Shown: positions 29,265-39,652 of the stretch, in pieces
Position numbering within the stretch: the stretch's first letter is position 1
Layout of the letters: each line of letters begins with the position of its first letter
Source of the DNA: an uncultured Alphaproteobacteria bacterium
GTDB lineage: Bacteria; Pseudomonadota; Alphaproteobacteria; RF32; CAG-239
Assembly (NCBI GenBank): GCA_944391505.1
Contig: CALXTV010000007.1
Span: forward strand, 2,839-66,838
Length of the DNA stretch: 64,000 bases
Direction of reading: 5' to 3'
Notes under the pieces: generated by a model
The model's database searches: none
What the model was told of the DNA's origin: nothing
Seen by the model: only the letters and a program-made list of their open reading frames with translations
Made by a program: the position numbers and the translations under genes

Positions 29265-30563
29265 TTAATGCTTTTTTTCGACAAACAGACCTTTGGCCTT
29301 GTCCAGCAGCGTGTCATGCGTTGCCAAATCCGTAAACGCGTGAGTAGGGGCAGTCGGCATCGGCGCTGTCGGCGTAACATTGACATAATTGATATCCGGT
29401 TTTTTCCAGATGCGGTTGAGAGCAAAAATAATAAACAGCAGCGGAAAGGCAAAAAAGGCCACCATAAAGAAATCGGCTCCGAACAGACTCATGCCTGCCG
29501 AAACGACAATAGGTCCGGAAATCAAACCGATGCTTTGCGCCATAATCAGCATACCGCTGATATGCACGCGTTGTTCGTCGGTTACCAGGTCGTTGATATG
29601 CGAAACCGAAATCGGGTATAATGTAAAAGTGCAGGCGCCGAGCATCATTGTCAGTACAATCAGATACCAGCCGCCCTTAATAATCAGCACGTCTGCCGCC
29701 GGCACAATGAAACCCATGGCGCAGCAGATATAAAACAGAACATGGCGGCGGTCGGTCAGGTCAGACAACCGCCCGAGCGGAATTTGCGCCAGCAGACCGC
29801 CGAATACGCCGAAAAACATGAACATTGAAACGTCTTTAATACTCATGCCGATACTTGAGGCATAAATCGTGCCCAACAGATAGAAGCTGCCGACCAGAAC
29901 ACCGCTGACAATGCAGCAGGCAAAACCCACCGGCGAAATTTTGAAAGCTTCGCGAATGGTCGTCGAGCGGAAAATCTGAATATTTGGTGCAGGCAGAGCC
30001 GTCAGCGAAACCGGTATCAAAGCCACCGAAAAAATAACCGAAATCAGAATATAAACCAATGAACCGTCGGCATCGGGAATATTCAGCGACAACTGGCCGA
30101 TGCTTGAACCCAGATAAGTCGTAACCATATACAAAGACATGACCAGGCCGCGGTTTTTGTTTGTGGCACGCGTGTTGAGCCAGCTTTCCAAACACAGGTT
30201 GATGGTACCGATGCAATAGCCTTCCCCAAAACGCAAAAACGGCCATAACAGCAGATTGGCGGAAAAAACGTGCATCAGAACCAGTGCCGAGAGCAGGGAG
30301 GTAAAGGCCGAAAAGGCTCTGATGTTGCCGACTTTGTTGATAAACTTATAAGCGCTGAGCGATGCGGTAATACTGCCCAGATAATAGCAGGCCAGAATAA
30401 GTCCGGAAACAAACATCGGCGTATTGGCCAGATTCAGGCGCAGGCCGAAAGTCGAGTTAAGCGACGCATAACCGCAGCAAACCAGTGTCGTACCGGTCAA
30501 AAAGGCCGTCAGCGGAGAAACCGCCGCTTTCAGTGCTGTCCAGAAAGACTTGATGATTTCCAT
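29265..30563 (-). CDS. MFS transporter
   Basis: 12 predicted TM segments, and the GRLSDLTDRR loop motif. Confidence 0.85.
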   Translation of the reverse strand: MEIIKSFWTALKAAVSPLTAFLTGTTLVCCGYASLNSTFGLRLNLANTPMFVSGLILACYYLGSITASLSAYKFINKVGNIRAFSAFTSLLSALVLMHVFSANLLLWPFLRFGEGYCIGTINLCLESWLNTRATNKNRGLVMSLYMVTTYLGSSIGQLSLNIPDADGSLVYILISVIFSVALIPVSLTALPAPNIQIFRSTTIREAFKISPVGFACCIVSGVLVGSFYLLGTIYASSIGMSIKDVSMFMFFGVFGGLLAQIPLGRLSDLTDRRHVLFYICCAMGFIVPAADVLIIKGGWYLIVLTMMLGACTFTLYPISVSHINDLVTDEQRVHISGMLIMAQSIGLISGPIVVSAGMSLFGADFFMVAFFAFPLLFIIFALNRIWKKPDINYVNVTPTAPMPTAPTHAFTDLATHDTLLDKAKGLFVEKKH

Positions 30564-30728
30564 AGACGCTCCTGCCGAAAATTATGGAACAAACATTCTT
30601 GTTTGCTCCATAATAACGGCTGATTGGTAAAAAAATCACCAAGATTTGCAAAACAGAGTTGTTTTTTTGTTGTCAGATACGCGGCACCGGGTATATAGAT
30701 AAACAAAACAAACTTATAGGAAAAACAA

Positions 30729-31130
30729 ATGCGGAGTGTCAAACAAGTCAGTACCGGAATCATCAGGCATAACGGCAAAATTCTGATTGGTCAGCGCAAA
30801 CGCGGTAAACCGCAGGAATTTTTATGGGAGTTTCCTGGCGGCAAACAGGAACCCGGTGAAACCATGCCGGAATGTCTTTATCGCGAACTGAAAGAGGAAT
30901 TCGGGCTTGAAACCGAAATCGGCGACTTTATCATGACCTCGCCCTATGATTATGAAACCGGCTCTATTGTTTTGCACGCTTATTTTGTCTCGGCGCCGGA
31001 TGCCGAAATCAAAAAGCTTGACGCTCATGAACAGTACAAATGGGTAACGCCTTCCGAACTGCAGAATTATGAGTTCGCGCCGGCCGACCGTCCGATTGTT
31101 GCCAAACTGCTCAATTCCGGCCTTCTTTAA
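30729..31130 (+). CDS. NUDIX hydrolase (MutT-like)
   Basis: NUDIX box GGKQEPGETMPECLYRELKEEFGLE. Confidence 0.85.
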   Translation: MRSVKQVSTGIIRHNGKILIGQRKRGKPQEFLWEFPGGKQEPGETMPECLYRELKEEFGLETEIGDFIMTSPYDYETGSIVLHAYFVSAPDAEIKKLDAHEQYKWVTPSELQNYEFAPADRPIVAKLLNSGLL

Positions 31131-33148
31131 GCGAGAAGCAAAGCCACAGCCGCTTTTTTCAGCAGGTCGGCATTATACAAAAGAGACAGTTCTTCGTCTT
31201 TGCTCAAATCCAGCTCCAAACGGTGGTGCAGCCAGTTTTCCAGCTTGATTCGCGCTTTTTCGCTAATCTCGCGCGAAAACTCAGGTGCCGGCCCGTTTAC
31301 GGGAAGCATAAAGATATGCAGGTTGACCATTTTATTGTCGCTCAGCAGCAGTTCGACACCCTGTGCCGAAACTTCGGTCTTTCCGAGAGCCTGATTATAA
31401 AAAGCGGCCTTTTGCATAATCTGCGGAACTTCCGTTTCTTCCGGAATGACAAAATAATTATGTTTTTTCGCCCATAAACCGGTGCTGACCCGCGACGTAA
31501 ACATGGAAATCGGAATGGAAAACATCAGTCCGACGGTAATCGGCAGCATCCACCAAAACAGTTGCTGCGCATACAATCCGACGACAATGGTCGTGACAAT
31601 GCCGAGAATGGTATGCCAGATATGGCGTTGAAAAGCCTCTTTGAATGACGTTCCCCTGTCGCCGCGGTTTTGCGTACTCCAGCCAACGGCATGACCGGTA
31701 AAAATTTCCAGCACAAATTTGCTCTGAAACATCATCATTATCGGCGCTGTCAGGGCGCTCATGACAATTTCGGCCAACGTACTCTTAAAAGCGCCTTTGG
31801 TTTTCTTTTCGTTGATGTAGTAAATGATTAATCCCAAAAACTTTGGGAAGATAAGCATGAACATCGACAGGACGAACAGCGCAATGGTGCCGATTTTATC
31901 AAATATCGGCCAGGTCGGAAACAGGGTATGCACTTCCGGAAAATAAACCGGCGGAAAAATAACCCGCCCAAGTGCAATGGCCAGTCCGACCAACAGAAAA
32001 CACAACCAAATCGGCGATGACAGATAAGACATGATGCCGATAATGAAATGTATGCGGCTGACCGGATGCAAATGTCTGGAAATCAGGACTTTTATATGCT
32101 GCATATTTCCCTGACACCAGCGGCGGTCTCGGCCCGCAAAATCAATCATGGTCGGCGGCGGCCCTTCATAGCTTCCCTTCAGTTCCGGCAGCAGCCAGGC
32201 CGACCAGCCGCCGCGGCGGATAAGTGCGGCCTCGACAAAGTCATGGCTTAAAATATGTCCGCCGAACGGCGCCTTGCCTTCCAAAACCGGAAGCCCGCAA
32301 CAAGCCGTAAAGGCCTTGACCCGGATAATCGCATTATGTCCCCAGTAATTGCTGTCGCCGACCTGCCAGTAGGCCAGCCCCGCGGAAACGATGGGGCCGT
32401 AAACTTTTCCGGCAAACTGCTGCATGCGGGCAAAAAGCGTGTGTCCACCGACCGTCATCGGCGGGGCTTGAATGATTCCGGTATGCGGATTAACTTCCAT
32501 CAACTGCGCCATTTTGAGCATGGTTTTGCCGTTCATCAGGCTGTCGGCGTCCAAGACAATCATAAAATCATATTCACTGCCCCATTTAACGCAGAAGTCT
32601 TCAATATTGCCGCTTTTGCGCGCCGTATTTTTCGTCCGCCGCCGATAATACAGATTGATTGACGCGGGCATCAGTTTTTTCGCCTCCAGCCAGCAGCGTT
32701 CTTCTTCTACCCAGAGCTTGGGGTTGGTCGTATCGCTCAAAACAAATATATCAAAAGCTTTGCCCTGACCGGTCTTGTCCAGGTCGTCGGCCATGGCCAG
32801 CAGATTGGCGAAAACATCGCGCGAACATTCGTTGTAAACCGGCATCAATACGGCCGTGCGGGTCGTCAGCTTGGTTTCTTCCGGAGCCCAGACAATACCG
32901 GGCACGCCGCGCCGGAACAAAAGTTCGAAAAAGCCGAAAATGCTCGACCAGAAAAACAAGGCAATCCAGGCAAAAGTCAGAACAAACAGAGCAACCATCA
33001 AAATTTTGGTCAGCAAAGTTGAATCTGTCGGAATAACATAGGTCCATTTGATGGTTGCCAGCAGTGTGGAAACCAGCATCAGCCCGAAAACTTTAAGACG
33101 ACGATTGCGAATACGCTTGGGATTGATAACGGTTAACTTTTCGGTCAT
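31127..33148 (-). CDS. opgH: Glucans biosynthesis glucosyltransferase H
   Basis: GT2 core flanked by TM blocks, and the QGNMQH motif. It lies in an operon with opgG. Confidence 0.9.
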   Translation of the reverse strand: MTEKLTVINPKRIRNRRLKVFGLMLVSTLLATIKWTYVIPTDSTLLTKILMVALFVLTFAWIALFFWSSIFGFFELLFRRGVPGIVWAPEETKLTTRTAVLMPVYNECSRDVFANLLAMADDLDKTGQGKAFDIFVLSDTTNPKLWVEEERCWLEAKKLMPASINLYYRRRTKNTARKSGNIEDFCVKWGSEYDFMIVLDADSLMNGKTMLKMAQLMEVNPHTGIIQAPPMTVGGHTLFARMQQFAGKVYGPIVSAGLAYWQVGDSNYWGHNAIIRVKAFTACCGLPVLEGKAPFGGHILSHDFVEAALIRRGGWSAWLLPELKGSYEGPPPTMIDFAGRDRRWCQGNMQHIKVLISRHLHPVSRIHFIIGIMSYLSSPIWLCFLLVGLAIALGRVIFPPVYFPEVHTLFPTWPIFDKIGTIALFVLSMFMLIFPKFLGLIIYYINEKKTKGAFKSTLAEIVMSALTAPIMMMFQSKFVLEIFTGHAVGWSTQNRGDRGTSFKEAFQRHIWHTILGIVTTIVVGLYAQQLFWWMLPITVGLMFSIPISMFTSRVSTGLWAKKHNYFVIPEETEVPQIMQKAAFYNQALGKTEVSAQGVELLLSDNKMVNLHIFMLPVNGPAPEFSREISEKARIKLENWLHHRLELDLSKDEELSLLYNADLLKKAAVALLLA

Positions 33149-33150
33149 GT

Positions 33151-33606
33151 TTAAGATGCCTTTTTAAATGTCAGGTGCAGCAGCCGGCGGAACCAGCTTT
33201 TGGAAATAACCGGCTTGATTTTTTGCGTCCTCATCGGGGCGTAAGAATATCCGGGTGCCTGCTGCAAATTATGATTCGCCATTTCCTGCCGCATGTCTTC
33301 GGGAATTTCTTTGTCAAAAAAGACCATGCTTCCCCAGCGTGCGGCGCCGTTTCCGGCCAGATACAAAAGTTTAAACAAAGCAACAAGCTGTTCGGAAGAA
33401 TAATCGCACAGCGGCCATATTTTCCGAGCCGTCTGCAACAGCAGCGCATCAAGCGCGGCAATGATTTCATCACCGTTGTTCAAACCGGCGTCGATACGTT
33501 CGGACAACTTTTCGCTGACCGTTGCCGCGGCATCTTGCTCAAAACCGAGACTTTGCAGATAGGCCGCAATAATGTCGGCGCGGCTTTGAATTTTTATGGT
33601 AACCAT
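33151..33606 (-). CDS. Hypothetical protein intercalated between opgG and opgH
   Basis: Its start overlaps the opgG stop by 13 nt and its stop is 3 nt from the opgH start. Confidence 0.5.
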   Translation of the reverse strand: MVTIKIQSRADIIAAYLQSLGFEQDAAATVSEKLSERIDAGLNNGDEIIAALDALLLQTARKIWPLCDYSSEQLVALFKLLYLAGNGAARWGSMVFFDKEIPEDMRQEMANHNLQQAPGYSYAPMRTQKIKPVISKSWFRRLLHLTFKKAS

Positions 33607-35165
33607 TGATAGCTCCAGACTTCCGAAATATTTTTGCCGTCTTTTTTCAAAACGATTCTAAGCTCCGAGGTTTTGTAGTTCGGCTCAAAATCCATATAAA
33701 CGGTTGCCCCTTTGATAAGCGGATTATACATCAGGTGCTTGCCGAGTATTTTTCCTTCCGAAGCCGAAACTTCGGCTGTAATTTTGCCGGCGGCAATGTC
33801 TTTTTTCATTTTCGGACCTTTGAAATCGACGACAAACTTACGTTTGTGATTTTCAAGCATTCCCGAAACGCCGCCGATTCCCGTATATGTTGCCGTAACT
33901 TTGGCAATCTCCGCATCTTCGGGAGCCTCATTGCACCAGTGCAAACGATATTTGAAGCGGTATTCCTTTTTAATTTCTACCGGTTTTTCCGGAATCCAGA
34001 ATGCGACAATGTTATCGTGAATTTCCTGAATACTCGGAATTTCCACCAGTTGCACAATGCCTTTTCCCCAGTTGTCCAGCGGTTCGACCCAAATGCTCGG
34101 CCGTTGCTCATAATTGGCCTCAAAGTCGAGATAATGTTCCGGATTCCGATCGCGCTGCATAAGGCCGAAACCTTTGGGGTTGTTGTCTTCAAAAGAACTG
34201 ATGCGCAGGTATTGCGAATTGTCCAGCGGCCGCCACAAAAGCTCGCCGTTTCCGTTGGCAATCAGCAGACCGTCGCTGTCATGAACTTCCGGCCGATGAT
34301 CGTCAAAACGGTTTTTGGTGTTTTCTCCGAACAGGAACATTGAGGTCAGCGGCGCAATGCCGATTTTATTTATATGTTTGCGCGGATACAATACGGCCTC
34401 AACCTCCATAGTCGTTGTTTTGCCCGGCGTAATAATAAAGGTATAGGCGCCGGCAATGCTCGGACTGTCAAGCAGGGCATAAACCTTAACATTTTTTTGG
34501 CCGCGTTTGGGCTTTTCTATCCAAAATTCTTTGAAAATCGGAAATTCTTCACCGGTTGCAACCGCTGTGTCAATAGCCAGTCCGCGGGCAGAAATGCCGT
34601 ATTTCTGTCCTTTGGCCAAAGCGCGGAAATAGCTGGCACCCAAAAACGAGACCAGCTCGTCATAATAAGCGGGGCTGTTAAGCCGCGTATGCAGGCGAAA
34701 ACCGGCGTAACCCAAATTGGCATAGGCCGTTTCGGTCAGCTTGTTGCGTCCATAGTCAAAAAACTGCGGAGAATACTTAATGCGGGTCGCTTTGCCGTCA
34801 ACAACCTCATTAATCGGAACCGAAATCTGAAAGAGTGAACCGAGGTGGAAAAACTGCAGTTCAAAAGGAAGCTTTTTGCCGTACCAGGGGCCGTTTTCGC
34901 GCACAAAGCGAATATCACGGTGCTTGTCATAATCCAGGTCTTTCAGCTCCTGCGGCAGAATGTCAACCGGCTTTTCATAATCTTTACCGGCAAGTTTCTG
35001 TGCTTTGGCAATCAGAACGTTCTGATCAAAATTTTCGCTGACCGGCGCCTGCATTTCGGCGACCTGAGCCTCGGCCTTCTTTTGCTTCCAAAATTTATAA
35101 CCGGCCGCTCCGGTACAGACGAGTGCAACGGCGGCAAAGAAATATACAACTGATTTTTTCATCAA
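33594..35165 (-). CDS. opgG: Periplasmic glucans biosynthesis protein G
   Basis: Signal peptide. Length and conserved blocks match the MdoG family. Confidence 0.9.
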   Translation of the reverse strand: MMKKSVVYFFAAVALVCTGAAGYKFWKQKKAEAQVAEMQAPVSENFDQNVLIAKAQKLAGKDYEKPVDILPQELKDLDYDKHRDIRFVRENGPWYGKKLPFELQFFHLGSLFQISVPINEVVDGKATRIKYSPQFFDYGRNKLTETAYANLGYAGFRLHTRLNSPAYYDELVSFLGASYFRALAKGQKYGISARGLAIDTAVATGEEFPIFKEFWIEKPKRGQKNVKVYALLDSPSIAGAYTFIITPGKTTTMEVEAVLYPRKHINKIGIAPLTSMFLFGENTKNRFDDHRPEVHDSDGLLIANGNGELLWRPLDNSQYLRISSFEDNNPKGFGLMQRDRNPEHYLDFEANYEQRPSIWVEPLDNWGKGIVQLVEIPSIQEIHDNIVAFWIPEKPVEIKKEYRFKYRLHWCNEAPEDAEIAKVTATYTGIGGVSGMLENHKRKFVVDFKGPKMKKDIAAGKITAEVSASEGKILGKHLMYNPLIKGATVYMDFEPNYKTSELRIVLKKDGKNISEVWSYQWLP

Positions 35166-35392
35166 ATAGCCCTGTTTTGCCTGTTCAATTACCAGAGTAT
35201 ATCAGAGCAGATTAGGGTAAAAGTCAAGACAAATCGGATACGTTTGTCACATTGGCTCGGACTTTGGGAAATTTAAGAATGTAAAAGACAAAAAAGAATT
35301 TTTTCTGTCCGTTTGGATTATTTTTATACGCCGAAGGTTTTAATTTGCCGCCGGATGAATATATACGAAAAGAACAGATTTGGGGAGGAAAA

Positions 35393-36244
35393 ATGGTTAG
35401 GCGGCTGGTTGTATTTTTGCTGACGATGTTTTGTCTGATACCCGTCTCGGCGGCCAAAGAGGAGGCGGCCCCGCTGCGTGCAAATTTTAAGCGGGTTGCG
35501 CTGGACTTCTCGTCGACGTCTGTTAAAAACGCCCGTGATTATCAAAATTCTCCGAACGCGCAGCTCAGCGCTGACGGCGAAACGGTTGTCAAAGGCGTGT
35601 TTGATTTTGTGCTGGAATACGAACGGCCGGATTATCAGTGGAACAACAGTCTTTTTATGGAATATGGCAAAACCAAGGTTCGTCCGTCGGTTGGTCAAAG
35701 CACGACCAGCGAAAACGCCGACAGGATTCTGCTGACTTCGGATTATGCCAAAAAGAGTTTCCGCTGGCATGACGCCGATGTCGGTCTTTTTGTCAGCCTC
35801 GGTTATCAGACCGAGTTTGAAAAAAACGAAGACGCGCCGCTGACCAAAACTTTCCGCGGCAAAGCCGGCTATAAGCTTTTCAACGGACGTCATTTCAAAG
35901 AACTGTATGCCGCACTGGTCGAAGAATATGACATGACATACAGCCCGTCTAATACCAAAACGGCTTGGGAAATCGGCATAACATATGAGTATCCGCTGCG
36001 TGACGGCATAAAGTTTCATCTGGAGAGCTATTTCCGCGATTATTTTTATTATAGTCGGTATCGAGGCACCGATTTTAAATATGAATTGAGTTTCATCGGC
36101 CGCATGGATGTCAAAATTAACAACACGTTCAGTCTGGCTCCTTTTGTGCAGTATTTTATGGCGCAGGATAGGCAGAGCAGCGTTTATGGCAGCAATCTTA
36201 TGATTGGTGTCTCCGTCTCTTATGCCGGTCTGTTCAATTTATAA
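35393..36244 (+). CDS. Outer-membrane beta-barrel protein (DUF3078-like)
   Basis: GGGGAGGAAAAATG RBS, a signal peptide, alternating amphipathic strands, and a C-terminal aromatic residue in ...YAGLFNL. Confidence 0.6.
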   Translation: MVRRLVVFLLTMFCLIPVSAAKEEAAPLRANFKRVALDFSSTSVKNARDYQNSPNAQLSADGETVVKGVFDFVLEYERPDYQWNNSLFMEYGKTKVRPSVGQSTTSENADRILLTSDYAKKSFRWHDADVGLFVSLGYQTEFEKNEDAPLTKTFRGKAGYKLFNGRHFKELYAALVEEYDMTYSPSNTKTAWEIGITYEYPLRDGIKFHLESYFRDYFYYSRYRGTDFKYELSFIGRMDVKINNTFSLAPFVQYFMAQDRQSSVYGSNLMIGVSVSYAGLFNL

Positions 36245-36332
36245 TATACATACCTCAAAGGAGGTAATTGTACTTGACAATTACCACGGGCATAATATTT
36301 ATTACAGAAAAAACTGATGTTAGGCAGGAAAA

Positions 36333-37445
36333 ATGAAGCTCGATTTTAATGTCGAACAAAAAAAACTGAAGCTTGCGCTGGCTGGCGATTATCGTGATTT
36401 TGACGATGAAGAGGCTAAAAGCCGGCTGCTTGGCGCCGTTCGCGGCGGCAGCGTGCGGGAGGCGGTCATTAATGCCGGAAACATCGGCAGTTGGGATTCG
36501 ACGCTGGTCGTCGTGCTTTACGAGTTAATTCGGGAGTGCCGCCGCGCAGATGTCCCGGTCAGTTATGAAGACTTTCCGCCCAACCTCCGTCGCCTGGTCG
36601 AACTGGCTTTTATGGTCGATCGCAAGCCGTCTCTGCCGCAAAAAGTTTTTTTACCTCCTCTTGAAACACTCGGCACATTCGGAATTTCCCTCTGGCGGAG
36701 CATAAAAAAAGGCCTGGGTTTTATCGGCCAAAGCCTGACTTCGTCCAGACGCTGGCTGACAGGGACAGCGGTCATGCGCAAAGTCGACTTCCTGTTTGCG
36801 CTGCAGGATTGCAGTTATAAGGCGGTTGGTATTGTTTCATTGGTCAGCTTTATGGTCGGACTGATTCTAGCTTTTGTCGGCGCCGTTCAGCTCAAGACTT
36901 TCGGCGCACAGATTTATGTTTCCAGTTTGGTTGCTATCGGCATGACCCGCATCATGGGGGCAATAATGGTCGGCATTATCATGGCCGGCCGAACCGGCGC
37001 TTCTTATGCCGCGGCCATCGGCACCATGCAGGTCAATGAAGAAATTGACGCCCTGAAGACGATGGGAATTCCGGTTGCCGATTTTCTGGTTTTGCCGCGG
37101 ATTATGGCGCTGACTTTATCCGTTCCGTTTTTAGTCATTCTGGCCGATTTTATGGGCATTGTCGGCGGTGGTTTTGTCGGTGTGCTGATGCTGGATATTC
37201 CCTATGCCGAATATTATAAATATACGCTGGACGCGCTGGATATGACCAATTTTCTTGTCGGCCTGTTTCACGGACTGGTGTTTGGGGTTGTCATTTCGCT
37301 TTGCGGCTGTTATTTCGGCATCAACTGCGGACGCAACGCCGACAGTGTCGGTAAGGCGACAACGCAGGCGGTCGTCACAGCCATTGTCTGGATGATTGTC
37401 ATGACCGGAATTATAACCTTTATTTTTGAGGTCCTGGGCATATGA
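36333..37445 (+). CDS. mlaE: MlaE-family ABC permease with N-terminal STAS (MlaB-like) domain
   Basis: The C-terminal 260 aa has the MlaE topology. The N-terminal ~100 aa is STAS-like. Confidence 0.85.
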   Translation: MKLDFNVEQKKLKLALAGDYRDFDDEEAKSRLLGAVRGGSVREAVINAGNIGSWDSTLVVVLYELIRECRRADVPVSYEDFPPNLRRLVELAFMVDRKPSLPQKVFLPPLETLGTFGISLWRSIKKGLGFIGQSLTSSRRWLTGTAVMRKVDFLFALQDCSYKAVGIVSLVSFMVGLILAFVGAVQLKTFGAQIYVSSLVAIGMTRIMGAIMVGIIMAGRTGASYAAAIGTMQVNEEIDALKTMGIPVADFLVLPRIMALTLSVPFLVILADFMGIVGGGFVGVLMLDIPYAEYYKYTLDALDMTNFLVGLFHGLVFGVVISLCGCYFGINCGRNADSVGKATTQAVVTAIVWMIVMTGIITFIFEVLGI

Positions 37446-38212
37446 GCAATACAAAAACGCAAATATCGGTTCGGAACTTGACAGTGGCCTACGGTGATTT
37501 TGTTTTGCTTAAAAACGCCGATTTTGATATCAATAAGGGCGATGTTTTCATCATTATGGGCGCCAGCGGCGGCGGCAAAAGCTCCTTGCTGCGTGTGCTG
37601 ACCGGATTGGTTCCGGCAGCTTCCGGACAAATTGTCATCGACGGGGTTGACTTCACGGCCGCCACCGAGAGCGAACGGTCAAAAATCATGCAGAAATGCG
37701 GCATTTTGTACCAGAGCGGAGCGTTGTTCAGCTCCATGACTCTGGCCGAAAACATAGCCTTGCCGCTGCGTCAGTATACGGACTATTCCGACAAGCTGAT
37801 TTCCGAACTGGTGTCGTTGAAACTGGCGCTGGTCGGCCTGACCGGCTTTGAAGAATTTTATCCTTCCGAAATCAGCGGCGGCATGAAAAAACGTGCCGGT
37901 CTGGCGCGGGCTTTGGCGCTTGATCCGGGCATCGTTTATTTTGATGAGCCTTCCGCCGGTCTTGACCCGATAAGTTCCAAAATGCTCGATGATTTGATTA
38001 TCGACATCAACCGGAGCCTCGGTACGACGATTGTGGTCGTAACGCATGAGCTTGATTCTATTTTTGCCATCGGCACCAACTCGGTTTTTCTTGATGCCGA
38101 AACCAAAAGCATCATCGCCCGCGGCAACCCGCGCGAATTGCTGAAAAATCCGCCCAACGAAGAAGTATATAAATTTTTAACCCGGGGAGCAGAGAAAAAA
38201 TATGCGAAATGA
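37442..38212 (+). CDS. mlaF: ABC transporter ATP-binding protein (MlaF-like)
   Basis: Walker A GASGGGKSS, the signature motif, and Walker B IVYFDEP. Its start overlaps mlaE by 4 nt. Confidence 0.9.
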   Translation: MSNTKTQISVRNLTVAYGDFVLLKNADFDINKGDVFIIMGASGGGKSSLLRVLTGLVPAASGQIVIDGVDFTAATESERSKIMQKCGILYQSGALFSSMTLAENIALPLRQYTDYSDKLISELVSLKLALVGLTGFEEFYPSEISGGMKKRAGLARALALDPGIVYFDEPSAGLDPISSKMLDDLIIDINRSLGTTIVVVTHELDSIFAIGTNSVFLDAETKSIIARGNPRELLKNPPNEEVYKFLTRGAEKKYAK

Positions 38213-38981
38213 ACCCAATAAAAAAATGATCGGCTTGTTCATGGCCGTTGGCCTGGCCGTATTAATCATCATTTTCGGCTTGTTTGTCAAATCGAAGTTC
38301 TTTGCCGGCGATGGCAAAATTCTTGTCATGTATTTTGAAGAGTCGATTAATGGCTTAAATGTCGGTTCGCCGGTTGTCTTTAAGGGGGTGCAGATAGGCA
38401 AGGTCGCCAGCATTGAACTGATAGCCAATGCCGAAGATCTGAGTTTTCGCATTCCGGTTTATGTCAAAATGGACGCCGAACAAAGTATCAACCATTCTGA
38501 AGCTTACGGCGAAAAAGAAATGATACTGAATGCGCTGATTGCCAAAGGGCTGCGTGCGCGGCTTACGACGCAGAGTTATCTGACCGGCCAGTTGATGATT
38601 GAACTGGAAATGTTGCCCGAAACGCCGATTGTTCTGCGCCGTCCGCAAAACGAAAAAGATTTGTTAGAAGTGCCGACCGTATTGTCGCCGTTGGGCGAAA
38701 TCTCCAAAGGCATTCAGAATTTGCCTCTGCGGGATGCTGTTGACCAGTTCAGAAATTTCTTCATCTCGCTGAATAAGGAAATGCCGCAGATAAGAGATAT
38801 GGTCGGTTCCGTAAACAAGGTTGTCAACAGCAATGCCCGTGCGGCGGCCGAAACGCTGGACAACTTCAACGACGCGGCTGTCAATATCAGTCAGGCGGCG
38901 AAAGCATTGCGCAATTTTGCCGATTATATCGAGCGTCACCCTGAAGCATTGTTGAAAGGAAAGAGAGGCGGATATGAATAA
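38202..38981 (+). CDS. mlaD: MCE/MlaD-family protein
   Basis: N-terminal TM helix, then an MCE domain GVQIGKV. Confidence 0.85.
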   Translation: MRNEPNKKMIGLFMAVGLAVLIIIFGLFVKSKFFAGDGKILVMYFEESINGLNVGSPVVFKGVQIGKVASIELIANAEDLSFRIPVYVKMDAEQSINHSEAYGEKEMILNALIAKGLRARLTTQSYLTGQLMIELEMLPETPIVLRRPQNEKDLLEVPTVLSPLGEISKGIQNLPLRDAVDQFRNFFISLNKEMPQIRDMVGSVNKVVNSNARAAAETLDNFNDAAVNISQAAKALRNFADYIERHPEALLKGKRGGYE

Positions 38982-39555
38982 GAAAAGACTATGGATTTTG
39001 TTGCCGGTTTTGCTTTTGAGCGCTTGTATTACGGGCAACAGCCTGCCGTCAAAATTTTATAATCTCCGGGCAGAAAATGCCGGTCTTTATGTTAATGACC
39101 GCGTCCGTGCCGACATCGGAATTCTTGAAGTAAAGATTCCCGATTATCTGGACAAACCCCAGATAGCCACGTTGAAGTCGGGCGGCGTTGAATTGAGCAT
39201 TTCGGAACACAATCGTTGGAGCGAACCTCTTTCGGGCATGATACAGCGTGTGATTGCCGCCGATTTGGGATATAACCTTCCCAAAGCCGTTGTCAAGCCG
39301 AGACTGTCCGCCCGCGAAGATTTCAAATATCTGGTTCAGATTGAAATCGGCCGCTTTGACGGCAGTTGGAATAAAACGGCCGATTTGGACGCCTGGTGGA
39401 CAATTACCGGCAACAACGGCAATGTCTTGCTTCAGCAGAAAAGCAGCCTGTCCGCACCGCTGGGCGAGGGGTATGACGCCCTGGTTCAGGCGCAGAGCCG
39501 TTTGCTGGCCGAACTGGCCGCTCAAATTGCGCCGGCAATAGCTCGGTTGAGATAA
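38974..39555 (+). CDS. ABC-transport auxiliary lipoprotein (PqiC/DUF330-like)
   Basis: Lipobox LLLSAC. It directly follows the MCE gene with an 8-nt overlap. Confidence 0.75.
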   Translation: MNKKRLWILLPVLLLSACITGNSLPSKFYNLRAENAGLYVNDRVRADIGILEVKIPDYLDKPQIATLKSGGVELSISEHNRWSEPLSGMIQRVIAADLGYNLPKAVVKPRLSAREDFKYLVQIEIGRFDGSWNKTADLDAWWTITGNNGNVLLQQKSSLSAPLGEGYDALVQAQSRLLAELAAQIAPAIARLR

Positions 39556-39584
39556 CGTGTCCGACATCTTTTTCAGTCCCGGAA

Positions 39585-39610
39585 ATGTGCCGTTCCGGGA
39601 TTTTTTTTGA
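39585..39610 (+). terminator. Rho-independent terminator of the mla operon
   Basis: cccggaaatgtgccgttccggg plus a T8 run. Confidence 0.8.
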
Positions 39611-39618
39611 AAACCTGA

Positions 39619-39647
39619 TTGCAAAATAGATTTTAACCTTTATAATC
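39619..39647 (+). promoter_or_regulatory. Near-consensus sigma70 promoter (TTGCAA-N16-TATAAT)
   Basis: Read directly: ttgcaa at 39619-39624 and tataat at 39641-39646. Confidence 0.55.
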
Positions 39648-39652
39648 ATCTC

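Noticed and set aside
33606-34343. 245-aa plus-strand ORF, and other antisense ORFs inside opgG and opgH
   Set aside because: They are opposite well-supported genes. Composition-driven open frames.
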